A DNA stretch of 64,000 nucleotides from NCBI GenBank assembly GCA_964016885.1, contig OZ024741.1, positions 352,780,001-352,844,000 on the forward strand. The letters run 5' to 3'. Position numbers and translations under genes: made by a program. The stretch comes from Eledone cirrhosa. Taxonomy: Eukaryota. The notes beneath the pieces are model-generated. The model had not been told where the DNA came from, made no database searches, and worked only from the letters and a program-made list of their open reading frames with translations. Shown here piece after piece: positions 27,373-41,359 of this stretch (positions are counted from its first letter, which is position 1; every line of letters begins with the position of its first letter).

Positions 27373-27940
27373 GTATGTATTATTTTGTTAGTTTGTCCTT
27401 TTCCCTTTTAAATTTTTTCTTGAGCTGGGGTGGATTTGTGGCTAGATCTACCATGTCCTACATGATTGGCATTTGATTGAAAAGGAAAGTAGATATGTGA
27501 TTCAAGAACTGGGGTGGGAGGTGGAAAATGTTTCATTATATATATAACAAAAATATTTAAGTTAAAGACAAGTGTTGAGAGCAGAAGGTAAACTCCCTGC
27601 AAAGAGAAAAACATCATAATGCCTGAATGATGGAAATGCTTACATCATCATAACTCTCATGACAGTGGCATGGATAAATTGGTACAGAATGGACCATACA
27701 ACTAGGACATTACCTGGTAACAGCAATTCTACGTTGTACTGCTTGAGAGAGAGATACTGTCAGAAGGTGCTGAGATCTCCAGTTGAAAGCTGATGGATGG
27801 ATTGTCCTACAGTGCAAACTGTATGTGATATATGCAGCAAAATATATAATGAAATATTCAACTAGATATTGTGATCAATTTGATAATGATGTAATTTCAA
27901 ATGATATGAATTTACAAACTATTACACTTTTACCATTTAA

Positions 27941-28406
27941 CCCTTTCATGACCATATTTTAAATTAAATACATAGTATTTCACTTAGTTAGTATAGAATT
28001 TAGAGGGATTAAGTAAAATAATTGATTATTTCATTGCTAAGATAGTATTTGTAAGATAACTTAACCCTTTAGCATTTACATTATTCTATATATACTATTA
28101 TATTTTAATGGTAAAGGCTTTACCTCACATAATTATCACACATAATATTGAATCAATGAGATTTTGGTATTATTTATTTTGAGAACAATACCTTAACATC
28201 AGTATAAGTAGCTGGTTACAGCCATTTCGAACAGAAAGATGTGAGAGAATTCTGGCTGGATATGGCTGGTTTAAATGCTAAAAGGTTAACAAAAGGTTTT
28301 CATATGAAATTATGTTGGAAGATTTTAATTTAAGAAGAAACTCTTTAAAATGGGTGGTTTTGTTTTATAGAACTAGAGGTTTTTAAGCTGGTTGGTAGTG
28401 AAAGAG
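27941..28406. mobile_element. piggyBac-like MITE (family 2) with a family-1 MITE nested at 28065-28285
   Basis: Outer element TTAA|CCCTTTCA...TGAAAGAG|TTAA; inner element flanked by TTAA at 28061-28064 and 28286-28289. Confidence 0.72.
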
Positions 28407-29540
28407 TTAAACAAATAAAACAAACAGTAAAATCAAAAGTTTTAATTAAAAAATAAGAATAAATGAAGTTAATGATGAAGAAAAGTGAAAAATGGAAACT
28501 TTTTCTGTGCAATATTTTTAACAAAGAGCATTTAAAAAATTTTTAAAACAGAAAACTTTCATTTAAATAGAGGTAATTTTACAGGAGCTGGATGGATGAA
28601 GGGGTGTCAGTAGAAGTTTAAACAATGCAAAGTACTGTTATTGTTGTTTAGCTCAGCTCAAGTCTGATTGAGTAGACTTATGATGAAAGGTGCTCCAGCC
28701 ATGACCATCTCATCTTTTTCACAAACGTTGCCTATTTAGGACTTCATTAACTAATGTGTCCAACCCTTTTCACCATGATAGATGTAAAATTATGCATATT
28801 TGGTTACTACTTCAAGCAGTTCAAGTGACCAAAACTGACAAGTATTTTAGTAGTTTGCAGCACTAAATTCAAATACTTTTGTCAGAGGAAAATTATATTC
28901 CTTGTAACTATGGTTAGAGTGGTGTTGCATCATGTGTATGTGTGTATGTAGTGACCAGTGGTGAAAGGGTGTCATACCCCATCCTGTTAGTTTGCTTTGC
29001 CTCTCTGACATACAGAACCTCAGGCATGTATTGCCTCATGGTCCCAACAGACAGAATAAAGAAAGCATTACCCTGGAGGATAGCAAGAGAGTTGTGTTGA
29101 AACAGTCATTTCAACTCATGGTACTCACTCCTGCAAGTGGTCAACTCACTCCTGATAGCGTCTATAGAGATGGTTTGCTGACCTAGAACACCAGAGTCTC
29201 CACCGCTATAGGCTCAATGACAAACCTATTTGTCAGACAATGAAACCTTGGTCTGTTGCTAATTTACCAGGTTTCTACTATAGAAAGTGTTGCTGCATGT
29301 TGTATCTCAGATGAAGGGTTTACCATCGTGGAATGTGAATATTGTGTATAGCATGGAGAGGACTCAGTTCTATCAAGTTCACTTTACCCTAGATAAGTGG
29401 TCCCCAAACTTATTTTGTTGAGGAATCCTACAATTTTCTTAAAATCTTTAAGTGGTAACAATATGGATTATGGGTGTTGAATGGAAATAATTAAAATAAA
29501 TGTATATTCAGAAAAAATATAAACTGTTCTCAATCTCCAG

Positions 29541-29676
29541 GTTAACAACACAGAGCCAACAAAAATAGGAATTTACAAAACCCAGTTTTCTCCAGAAAAC
29601 ATAGAAGAGGCACATGTTGAGATTAAGACATCTCCCTCAAAATATTCTCCAAACCGAAGCATGCAAGTGGAAGCAG
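29541..29676 (+). CDS. LMO7: LMO7-like exon
   Basis: ctccag|GTT...G|gtttgt; VNNTEPTKIG...SMQVEA; phase 0 to 1. Confidence 0.68.
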
Positions 29677-30019
29677 GTTTGTAAATACATTGGTCATTAT
29701 GTAATAAATGAGTAATAAGTATTTCAGAAAGCTGGTACAATACGGTAAAAATATATAAAGGGCAAAGGATGACAAAACAAAACAGAGTAATGTTTTCCTT
29801 ACCCAATATGTTTTAACATAATATTTGAGACTTCTTTTCAAATGCAAAACAAAAAAAAAAAGAAAACAAAAACAAATGATGCAAAACAAAGCAAACAATG
29901 TGTTCTTCCTCAACTGGTCTAAGTATGCATTTTGTTTTGCATCCTTTTTGTTTTATTTTGTATTTGAAAAGAGGGTATTAACCCTGAAATATGTTGAACT
30001 ATACTGGGTAAGAAAACAT

Positions 30020-30760
30020 TACTCTGTCAAGTTGTTGGTAATAGGTGTCATAGATTATGCTTGTGTTCAGTGGGAGCAGCTCGTAGTGGATGACACCTTT
30101 CCAGTCTCATCAGATTATCAGCAGGGCCTTGTAAGGGTGGAAGCCAGGCTTTGCTTGCCATTGTGGCACACTCTCTTTATCAAGCCACAAATGCTTGCAC
30201 TTCACATTGATGAAGAGACATCATTTTTCATCATCAGGGACAATGGAATGTAACCAGTTGGTTGTGTGATAGTAGCAGAGCAGAGAAGTTGCAGCTGCCA
30301 CTTGGCATTCATGATTATGGTCAGTCAGATTGTGAGGCATCCATTGGTCCAGCTTGAACACCTTCTCTATTGCATACAAGTGATTGAGGGTGGTTGTTTT
30401 CAATGCTTTAAGCACTTCTGAGAGGTGACATGATGTCTGGCATGGGTTGGCTTCCACCAGCTCACACGACTGCTCATCATTGAAATCAGATGGATGTCCT
30501 ACATGAGATTGATCTTCAAGGCTGTAATCACTGGGATGGAAGCATGCAAACCAGTCCCAGGCACTTTGTTTAGACATGGTGTGTGACTCAAATGTTAATG
30601 TGATAACTCGATGCTGATGCACATAAGCCAGGTTTGAAGTCATAAAGTAAACAGCTACGAATAAACAGTTTGGATAGATCCATGCCCTTTGACAGCATAA
30701 CAGAAAATGAGAAAAGTACATAGTGCATATCTCACTATCATGGCATACAAACCTATTCAT
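30020..30760 (-). mobile_element. Degenerate mariner transposase relic
   Basis: WMPHNLT (cf. WVPHEL) and IVPDDEK (cf. IVTGDEKW), with a decayed HTH region. Confidence 0.7.
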
Positions 30761-31158
30761 ATTTGCAAATTCTGCTTGCTCCTAATTTGTTTGGCTAAAA
30801 AAGTAAACGGGTTCCATTAACCAAGCTAGTGTAGAATTGATATATTTGACAATTAGTAAATGAAATTGTAGTAGTATAAGAGATAGTTGCTGTTGTTTTT
30901 TAGCTCCAGATCAACTTTATGATGAAAAACATTCTATTTGCTGCCATCCTGTCTTTTCAGGGGTATGTAGTACTACTATCTAATGTGTTCTTTCTTTAAG
31001 GTTGTGACTTGAGGAAGATTTGGTTGCTATTTCTAACATGTTTACTAATCACATAGTTACTTCCTTTCTGGCTAAATTAGTAGTAAGAGTAGCTGTAATT
31101 TTCTGGGAATACACACTCTCGCTCTCTTTCAGTAAAATTATTTGTTTCTTTTTCTCAG

Positions 31159-31661
31159 ATATATACAACGACAATATGAATTCAACCAGAGAACCTAAAC
31201 CAACAGTTACCCAGACTCCTCCATTGATTAACCTGAAAATACCCCAGATGGAGACATCAAACTTCACAAACGTAACCCACCAACCCCATCAAACAAGTGC
31301 TAGTTTAGATTCCACGCCAGCATTTTCTTCATTACCTTTATCATCATCCTCATCGACAACATCAATCCAACCTCCTGCTCTCCTGAGACGCTGGCAGAAG
31401 TCAAGAGGGACCGAACGATCCTCATGTTCTGACATGCCTCTTTCTCCTAAGAATGATGACACCTTTGGGACTGAGACAACCCTGAATTCCACATTTCCTC
31501 CTCGACATTCTCTCAGTCTGGAGAAAGTACCCGTGACAGACACAATGAAAAAATCAGATAGCTGTGACCATTTGTTGTTCCAAGTGAGAGATATCCGCAG
31601 CTATGCACAAGAAAACAACAACAACAGAACACCAACGTTTTTGCCAATATTAGATAACAAA
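31159..31661 (+). CDS. LMO7: LMO7-like exon (Ser/Pro-rich)
   Basis: tctcag|AT...AAA|gtatga; DIYNDNM...PPALLRRWQKSRG...ILDNK; phase 1 to 0. Confidence 0.78.
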
Positions 31662-31875
31662 GTATGAAATTCTTTTTGTTCTTGTTAATGTTGTTGTTAG
31701 TTTCAGCTATCCAACAAAAGGGCTATATAACCTTGAAATGTTGATATAGTGAACCAGGGTAAACTTATTTGCACAAGAAAAATCAAACTAAAAATCAAAA
31801 AAATAAACTAATTATGATGGAACATTCTAAGAAAGTACCTGTGGCCAGATGCTAACCTTTTTAGTCACCTTTTAA

Positions 31876-32092
31876 CCATTTAGCATTTACATTATTCTAT
31901 ATTTACTATTGTATATTCATGGTCAAGCTTTACCTCACATAATTATCTCACATAATCATGAGTCTACGAGATTTTGATGATATTATTTATTTATTTTAAG
32001 AACAGTATCTTAATGTCAGTGTGAGCTGCTGGTTACAGTTGGTTTCAAGAAGATGAAAGAATTCAGATACAGCTGGTGTAAATGCTAACGCG
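31876..32092. mobile_element. piggyBac-like MITE (decayed)
   Basis: TTAA|CCATTTAGCATTTAC...GTAAATGCTAACGCG|TTAA. Confidence 0.7.
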
Positions 32093-33017
32093 TTAAAGCA
32101 TGCAGGGATACAATCTACCTATTCAACAAACTAATATACACACAGAATCATCAGCATTGTCATTTATATGGGTTAGACAGGTTGTCACGTTGTGAGGCCA
32201 GACAGGTCAAGTGGCTGCACCTCACTCATGTGTTCCATTTTTGGCTTGAGTTCTTGGCTGGATATCTTTCCTAGCACCAATGTGTACTGGTGTGTACTGG
32301 GTGTGTTTTATCAGAGTACTGCCACTACCACCTTTCAGAGTGGACTGAGTGCTTTTTATCATGGCATCAACATTACCACTTTACAGAGTAGGATGCATGC
32401 ATTTTATTGTGGAACCAGCACTACTACTTTTCAACACTAGGGTGTTTCTTGTGTCCTGGCTGAGGAGGCAGTGATAGTATGCTACATACACAGGTTATAA
32501 TTTATGCTGATGTCCCACCCAATTTATCTGACACTGAAATAAACTGTGATCATAAATAGAAAAATTCATTATCAATATTATCATCATTATTATCTTGTAA
32601 CTTGTGATATTTTTGTCTATTAGTCTACAAAATGGATCTAACTTTCTAAAAAACATTTCATTTGCCTCGACATCACTGATGATCACAATATGAGACAAAT
32701 AATGTGAGAGTTGTGTGAGACCTAGACCTACCTCTGGTGTACATACACTCATATACACACACACACACTTACTTTAAATAGTATATGGTGATATTTTGTT
32801 TTAATTTTTATTGCTGCTTTGTCAGAAGAAGGGTGGCCCCTATGATTTTTTTCAAGGCTTTTCGGATATATTACGAGATTGGGATGTGAGTAGTGGTGTT
32901 AAAACCAGGTAATGGATTAACTTCAAAAGCTCTTCATTAAATATTTATTGCTGTTAATATCTCATTGAAAGTTTGCTATTTATCAACTTAAACTGTTTCA
33001 TTGAATTTAAATTGTAG

Positions 33018-33211
33018 GTGCAAAGGCAAACAAGCCCCACCAAAGACCAGCCAGTCACAGAGCAAGCAATTGAGAAAGTTGAGAAGACCACCAATAATTT
33101 TTCATCGCCTTTAAATATCCAGATTCCTTCACAGACATCAGTTTCGACTTCCTTATTACAAATTGACCCTAAAAACCAAGCACCACAGGCAACAACATAT
33201 AATAATGAAGG
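33018..33211 (+). CDS. LMO7: LMO7-like exon
   Basis: ttgtag|GTG...GG|gtaaga; VQRQTSPTKD...YNNE; phase 0 to 2. Confidence 0.75.
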
Positions 33212-33318
33212 GTAAGATATAAATAATGACTGCATTTCTAGTTTTGCCTCTACTTCCTCTCTGTTTTTTGTTGTTGTTGTGGTTATTGTTGTTGGTGTCC
33301 TTGTTTTTTTGCTGTTGC

Positions 33319-33371
<53 letters not shown>

Positions 33372-33765
33372 GAAACCACAAAGAAACTGGTGTGTAAAAA
33401 TACGTTGCAGATATATTATCGTCATCTTTTAACATTCATTTATACCCACACATGTATATATATACATTATAAAATACACTCACGCACACACACACACACA
33501 CACACGCACACACCTTTGCATGCATGCACACACACACAGAAATAGATAAGAATAGATGAATTAATAGTAATTGGTTCAGCGTGAGCAAGACATGGTCATC
33601 TGCTTTAGCTTGGCTCACACTGGACGACTTGTCTAACCCATGCTAGCATTAAAAATGGACGTTAAATGGTGATGACGATGGTGGGGGAAATGATGGTGTA
33701 TGAATGATAATCTATTTTTCTTTTTTAAGTTAATGTTACCTAAACTATTTATTTTCTTGCGATAG

Positions 33766-33848
33766 TGGAAACAGTCTCCCAGAATATACTTTCAATGTAG
33801 GGCTGATGCATGGTGAGAAAGTTGCTGACAAAAGTACAGATGGTGAAG
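33766..33848 (+). CDS. LMO7: LMO7-like small exon
   Basis: gatag|T GGA...G|gtaaga; GNSLPEYTFNVGLMHGEKVADKSTDGE; phase 2 to 1 bridges the flanking exons exactly. Confidence 0.72.
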
Positions 33849-34103
33849 GTAAGAGCTAGTTCGACAGTCTTTCTTAATAGATGTAATACTGAACATTTTA
33901 GAAGTTAACTTCATATTTTTCTTAAAATGAAAAATTTCTAACGTGGGCACAAACTTGCCATGTATTTCTATTTTAACATAATTGCTTCTCCAATAATTAA
34001 TTGCCTGACTAGGAAGATGGCATAGGTAGCATCTTTACTTGGCACCGATCTGAACTATATCTCCATCTATTTTAATTCTGCTTTTTAAAGCAATATTTAG
34101 TTA

Positions 34104-34275
34104 CTGTATTTCCCGGCACCGAAGACGCTTCGTCCTCGAGGACGCACCCTAATTTTGACAACCAAAAATTTGAAAAAAAAAAAATAAGGAACAACCTTCG
34201 GCCTTCAGGAAGCATGGTAGATTTTTGAGACTTATTTTAGGAAAAAAGTAGCGTCTTCGACGCCTGGAAATACGG
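34104..34275. mobile_element. Tc1/mariner (pogo-like) MITE
   Basis: TIRs CTGTATTTCCCGGCACCGAAGACGCT / AGCGTCTTCGACGCCTGGAAATACGG flanked by TA. Confidence 0.75.
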
Positions 34276-36287
34276 TATATCTCATTGCTATCAACACCTT
34301 ACAATTAAAAACAAATTGTTCCCGCTGTACAATAAAAGAGAAAATAACTCTAAAACGACTTCTTAAGACCTTAGTAGAGTTATTTCCCTTTAGTTATTGT
34401 ATGGATGGAACAATTTATTTCATGACGTTATTGTTGATGATGAAGGCGGCGAATTGGGAGAGACGTTAGAACATCGGATGGCATGCTTTGCTGTATTCAT
34501 TTCGGCACTCTGCTCCCAGAGTTCAAATCCCGCCGATGTCAACTTCACCTTTCATTCTTTCGGGGTCGATAAAAAAGCACTAGTCCAGTACTGGGGTCAA
34601 TTCTTCTTCTATATCTCTTTCTCCTTCCCCTCTCTCACTCTATCCTTCACTGGAAGAAATCTGTTGTATTCAGACCTAGAGAGGAGATGGTTTCCATCAG
34701 ATTTAAAAATGCCCTAGAAACGCTGTATGTCAATATTGCGCCCATATGACTTTTTAGGAGTTATGGGAAGATGCATCCTTTGTTGGTGGTGGTGCTGACA
34801 TTCTAACCATGGTCATCTCATAGGTTTCTCCTTACGAACCAGAGCGGTTCTCACACATGGCTATGTGAGTTGCCCCACTACTGTGCACTTAGCGTGACTC
34901 ATATTTTGCAATTTTCATATTTGGCAGGGTTTTTCTGGCTGAATGCCCTGCCTATTCCCAACCAATTTACAGCATGGGCTAGGTGCATTCTTCATGCTAC
35001 CAGTACTAGAAAGGTTGTCTGACTGGACTGTATCCGTTTTTATTCAGAGTGACTGCTCTGCTAGACGAGTTGGCTCCACAGTGGCTTGCAGAGCTGATGT
35101 CTAACCTGTGTAGTCTTATTTATTCAGAATGACTGCTCTGTTAGGCAAGCTGCATTTTTGAGGCTTACAGAAACTGTTCCTGCCCAGTACATACACAGAA
35201 TGGTGGCACCAGCCACAGAGTTCAAGAGGATGAGAGAAAAATAGATAGACAAATAGGAAAGTGGTTGAAATGAGGTGAGAGTGTGGGCTATAGCAGCAAT
35301 CTCACAGGTCACCAAGCATGATATAGTTCAGGCATGTCAAACTAAGAGCCCCCCCCCCCCCCCCCCCGAGGATCACATGGGTCACGTGTTGTCTGAGGGC
35401 CACACACAACAACTAATTGTGCACATTACAACTAATTTTACGAAGATAGACCATGCTAATGTAAAAACCTGTGTGTGGGCCACAGGTGTGTTTGTAAAGG
35501 GCCGCATGTTTGACATGCCTGAGATAGCTCATGAAAAGTTTTGGATATAATAGGAATCATCATCATTAGCACTGTTTAACGCCCATTTTTCCATGCTAGC
35601 ATTAGACGAGTTGTCCCGTTGTAAAATACATCAGATCAGGTGACTGTGTCTTGCTCATACAGAACTGGTTCTGGCATGGTTTTTGTGGATGGATGCCCTT
35701 CCTAATGCAAACCACATTTACAGTGTGTACTGGGCGCTTTTTGTTGTGACACCTACACAACCACTTTACAGCATGGATTGGGCGCCTTTTGCTGTGATGC
35801 CCAATTGAGTGAGAAAGATTATTAGAAATAATAGTGAAAATAAAACCAAAAGGAAATACAAAAAGCAACAAAAATATTAGCTGTAGTTTTCATCAACAAC
35901 AGATCCTCTTATTGACTGCAAGAAGTTTTGGTTGAGTTTGTAGTGAAAGAAGAAAGGACCATTGATAGAGAGACTTTAAGAGAGGAGGAGGAGGAGGCTG
36001 CTAGTTAGACAGATAGATAGATGGCAGGTCACCAAAGATGCAGAATCATCTGCAACAATACCTAGGTCACAGGTCATCTCCGAATGAAATATTTTTTCTA
36101 TATTTTCTCTGTTTGTATATGCTGTAATTCCTTTATTGATTAACTAATTATGCAATCTTGATGATGTCACTTGATGATGTCACCAGGACATCACGTAACC
36201 AGACCATTGAAATATATATAGTGTTTTTGCAATAATAAATCTTTAAATGAACATCACCATTCCAGCTTCCTGTTGTTTTAATCAAAC

Positions 36288-36329
<42 letters not shown>

Positions 36330-36431
36330 GCACACACACACACACACACACGCACACACGCACACACACACACACACACACACCTGTGTGACAAGTAAAT
36401 TGATGTTGTATATCTGATATTGTTTCTGAAG

Positions 36432-36727
36432 GTAAACTTAACCCCCTTGGACATTTGATGAACAACAACAGCAGCCAACTCTTGACTACTGTGCCCAAAC
36501 ATGAGGAGGAGGAAGACGATGACGACGACGAAGATGAAGAAGTGGCAAAGGAGCGGAGGCGGCTGGAAGAGGAGGAACGCATACTTGCAGAGCAGCGCAT
36601 GATTGCACAGGAACGTAGACTTATTGAGGAGGAGAAAGGGAAGCGACTGGAGGTGAAACGACTGCGTGAGGAAGCCGAGGAGAAGAAACGACTACAGCAA
36701 AAGAAGCTGATGTTGCAGCAAGAGAAG
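36432..36727 (+). CDS. LMO7: LMO7-like exon: acidic tract and E/R-rich coiled coil
   Basis: tgaag|GT...AAG|gtaagg; EEEEDDDDDEDEEVAKERRRLEEEERILAEQ...; phase 1 to 0. Confidence 0.8.
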
Positions 36728-36759
36728 GTAAGGCATTACAGTACATCTACTAACCCCCA

Positions 36760-37290
36760 CACACATCACCACCACTAAAACCATGATCACCAAAAACATC
36801 ATCACTACAACCACGACCACCACCACCTCAACAGCTCAACCACAACCACAACAATCATCACTAACACAACCATGGCCACTATCACCACCAGCACTACAAC
36901 CAGGATCACCATTAGCACAACCACTACAATCACCACCACCACCACCTCAACAGTACCACCACAACCACAATCATCACTACCCCAACCATGGCCACCATCA
37001 CTACATCCACCACCAAAATCATCACTACTACAATCACCACCACTACCCCCTCAATAGCACCACCACCTCAACAGCATTACCACCACCACCTCAACAGCAC
37101 CACCACAACCATGACCACTACAATCACGACCACTACCACCACCTCAACAGCATTACCACCACCACTACCTCAACAGCACTACCACAACCACAACAGTACC
37201 ATCACTACCACAACCACAACAGCAGTATCATCACTACCACAACCATGGCCACCATCATCGCCAACACTACCAACTCGACTACCACAAGTT
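36760..37290. repeat. (CAC/CAA)-rich low-complexity tandem repeat (intronic)
   Basis: Degenerate accaccacaacc units that give His/Thr/Pro ORFs in all frames. Confidence 0.85.
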
Positions 37291-37399
37291 AAAGGTGATA
37301 GATTGGTTGAATTTTCAGAGCTTCACACTAGATGCTTTAAATATTGTTTGTTCCAGATTTTTGCCTTTTAAGGTTGTGGGCATTAGACTTTACTTCCCC

Positions 37400-37815
37400 C
37401 CTTCATTCCATAAATTGTGGTGGCCCTCCTTCTTCTCCTCTACCTTCTTCAAACACTCCTTCCAGCGAGCCCTGTCAGAAGCAACTGTCTCCAACTGATC
37501 TGGCTGCATCCCCAAGTGAGACCAGCCAACCTCAAGGATGTTATCCAACCATCTTGTTCAGGGTCTACTCCTGGGTCTCTTGCCAGTTGGTTTTGTCCTT
37601 AAAATCTTCCCAGCAATCCTTTTCCTAGACATTCTAACCACATGCCCAAAGTATCGGAACTGTAATCTCTCAATTCAAAGAAGTAGCAGTTCTACATGGA
37701 CTGTCTGATCTCCAAGCTACGCACTCTATTGAGCAACGTTACTCCAAAGACACTTTGAAGGAATCCCATTTCGGCCGCTTGTATCCGGGATTGTATTGTT
37801 TTGGTCATTACCCAG
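37400..37815 (-). mobile_element. RTE/Expander-like LINE 3' fragment
   Basis: Homologous to 63060-63450. Confidence 0.65.
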
Positions 37816-38281
37816 GGAGTCAGTAAGATAAAAACTAGTTGTGTACTGGGGACAATATAATCATTTTTCTGTAATTATTGAGCTTATGGCTATTTTAGAA
37901 AACCTTATCCCCCCCCCCCCCCCCCCCCCCCACTTCCACTCTCCTTATGGAGAAATGGAAATAGTCACCTTGGCACTATATGTATTCAGGTAGTAAACAT
38001 ACTTCACTCTGTACACCTCGATTCAGCAAATTGGAAGGAATGTAACTTGTGAGATTTCTCTATCCATCCCATACTAGAAAACAGCAACTAAGCAGTAACC
38101 TGTAGGAGTCTTTGTAAATTCTCTCACTCTCTCTTGCTCTCTCTCACACATACACATTTACCTTCAGTGACCTCTAGTGGTGAACATGAGAACTAAAGAG
38201 GTGATATTTTGGCAGGGTAACTTTCTGAGCATATAACTGTTTGTTTGTGTGCATGTGTTTCTCTACATATAGCTGTGTAAA

Positions 38282-38329
<48 letters not shown>

Positions 38330-38330
<1 letters not shown>

Positions 38331-39244
38331 TAGCATTAAAGCCCGGCATTGCTCGGGATCAGTAAGTTACCAAAGTTAGGTTGCACCACCCATTTTATAG
38401 CAGCACTTTTTTGTCTGCCAGGCACTGGGTGAATGAATTGCAGACCTGGACTTCCGAAGCAGGAGCTGCGCCAGCAGTGACAATTGTAGTTTCGCCTATG
38501 GATATTATCTCTGTGCAAAGAAGTGTTGAAATTTATTGTTTCACAGTACTTGCGCAACACGCGCGTAGACGATGCCAGCCGAACAACAGAGCTGTGATGG
38601 AGTTGTTCTGCATGGTTGTCTAATGTGTGTTTTCTAAATTTAAGACAGTAGGGAGGGGTGTGATATGGGGGAGAGTTAGCTGCTGTTTCTAGCAGGTTTA
38701 GTGACCTCATAGAGGATATTATTGTGTATAGTAAATGAACTGATACTTCTTTCTTCCACGTTCCTTGATAGATGTTTTAAAAAAGATTTATCGCTATTTT
38801 TTTTGTTGTTGAATAAATTTATCTGTTGCTTTTGAATAATTGTTGTTTCATATGAAATGTAATAAGTTCTCTTTGTCATTGAAGTAACAAAAACAAACGT
38901 TCTCTCTCTCTCTCCCTCTCACTCTCTCTCTCTCTCTCTCACTCTCTTAAAGTTTGTAAGTTTAATTGCAGCATGTATGTAGTTTTATCGAATTTTGAGG
39001 GGAGTAGAGAGAGGATTCTGATTGTATTAGAGGGGTAAAGTGTCATGTATTTAGTTTTATCGATTATTTCCGTAATTGTGGGTGAGTTTGAATGAAATAA
39101 ATAGTCGGTGACCTAAGTTAGACCATTTACAACATTCTTACAGATGTTGAGTCGAATCGGTTTGAAATTGTGCAAATGTATAAACATGGAACATGCACAC
39201 ACACACGCGCACAACAACAATAATCTGCCTTTTATAGATAATGA
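38330..39244 (-). mobile_element. Non-autonomous Helitron
   Basis: Minus strand starts TC (after A) and ends with a subterminal hairpin CCCG-AGCAATGC-CGGG then CTAG|T. No TSD. Confidence 0.7.
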
Positions 39245-39349
39245 TATATACACATACATACACACACAAACACACAAGTTTATCCTGGGTTCAATCGGGG
39301 GTAACCACAGTAAGTAAGGTACTCAATACATAGCAGAGTATAAATATTT

Positions 39350-39481
39350 AATATAGAAATGGCTTCTACAGGACTAGAACTGTTTCATTTGGGAGAAATC
39401 GGAGGAGGGGGGGGGGGGGGGGGTCCTGATGATTTCTCCTGAATGAAACAGTTCTAGTTCTGTAGAAGCCATTTCTATATT
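39350..39481 (+). mobile_element. Small fold-back element with decayed hammerhead (39424-39468)
   Basis: Inverted arms 39350-39400 and 39431-39481. UC-CUGAUGA-UUUC(UCCU)GAAU-GAAA-CAG(UUCUAGUU)CUG-UA-GAAG; helix I is only 2 bp. Confidence 0.6.
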
Positions 39482-40802
39482 CCAAATATATATGTGTGTG
39501 TGTGTATATATAAAGTTGTAGTTCCTGTCTGTTTGTTTGTTTGTTTGTTCACAAACTCCTCCTATGGTTTTGGAGATAGACCCCTATAACCATATATATT
39601 CTGAAACTACATTGCCCAGGGTACTTGGATAAGTATATTTCATTTTAATCAAAGGGTTCCCCGGGGGTACAAACCGCTGCTGAAAAATTTTTCCCTTTGA
39701 TTTATATGAAATTTAAACCATAGGTAAATGACAAGATATGATGCCTATTCACAAAATTTCAGCAAATTTCAATAATATTAAGACCCTAATGGGGGTTAAA
39801 CCCCTATAGTGAAAATTTTAGAAGCCCATAACCTCTATTATCACGGGGTTTTTCCATGTGTGTGTGTGTGTATATATATATGTGTGTTTTTGTGTGTGTG
39901 TATATATATATATATATTAAGACAGGGGCGAAGAAAAAATGGCTTCACTTGTGCTTTCAACAAATTTATTTTCTTCACAAAATCCAAAAAGAATTTTTTT
40001 CCGGATTAGAAAAAATTTTTTTTTCTTAAAAAAAATTTATTTTATAAATTAAGTTGTTGGTTGTTGGTTAGGTCTTAGGAGTTCTTGGTTAACGTAGGAG
40101 GTATTGTTTCGTTTTTAGAACGACCTTTCACGCTGAGGTGCGCTTGGCAAACTGATGTGTATGTGGTGTGTTGTTCTATATATAGGGATTTAACATGTCT
40201 GTGGTGTGGTGGGGGTTTCTTTTCTCCCCCTTTAATAAGTGTATGGGTGTAGGTGTGTTGAAAAAGTGTTAATAGCAGTAATGAGTTGAGACGGTGAGTA
40301 GGGTTGGGTGGGGAGAAATGTAGCAAGTGCGGCCTGCCCCGGTCATTCTCGAAAAATTGTTTTATTCAGGGGAAAAAGCTTTTAGTATTCCTTTTGTGTT
40401 GAGAATGGTCACAGGCAAATCGCACCTGTCAAGTTTGTGAATAATTATTTTCTTTTTTTTTTTTTTTTTTTTTCTTTTTTTCTGAAGAATTTTTCTACGT
40501 CCATCCCAAAGTTAGTCCCTTGTTCAACACACACATATGTGCGTATATACGTACATACACACACGGGCATATGTAGGAATATATAGGCACACACCATCAA
40601 TCACACACCCATGTACATACACAAAAACATATAGAGACACATATAAAAACACACATACACATACGTACACACACGAATATGTACTCATACCTCCACATGG
40701 GTATATATATATATATACATACACATACATACATATATATATACATATATATATATATATACACATACATATACACACACATACACACACACATATATAT
40801 AT

Positions 40803-40861
<59 letters not shown>

Positions 40862-40969
40862 CATATACATACATACACATACATACATATACACACAAAG
40901 ATACATAACTAAATATACATATATACACATACACGCACACATACACACACACACACACACACGCACGTG

Positions 40970-41007
<38 letters not shown>

Positions 41008-41100
41008 TATGTCCGTATATATACCTCCGTTCACACATACATGCATACACACACACATACGCACATACATCTATATATATACACATATAGAGAGAGGCAT

Positions 41101-41155
<55 letters not shown>

Positions 41156-41359
41156 CATACATATACATATATGTACACATAAACACATACAGACACATAC
41201 AAACATATACACATACATATACACATACATATATATCTATATATATATATATATACACATACATATACATATATATATATATATACACATACATACACAT
41301 ACATACATACATACACACATACATACATACACATACATGTACATACATACATATATATA

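Noticed and set aside
36783-37371. His/Thr/Pro-rich ORFs after the coiled-coil exon
   Set aside because: Low-complexity repeat open in several frames, downstream of a strong splice donor at 36728.
39920-40525. Possible decayed PLE 3' end on the minus strand with an HHR-like GAAAC segment
   Set aside because: Only a loose resemblance to 1090-1200, and the core motif is not recoverable.
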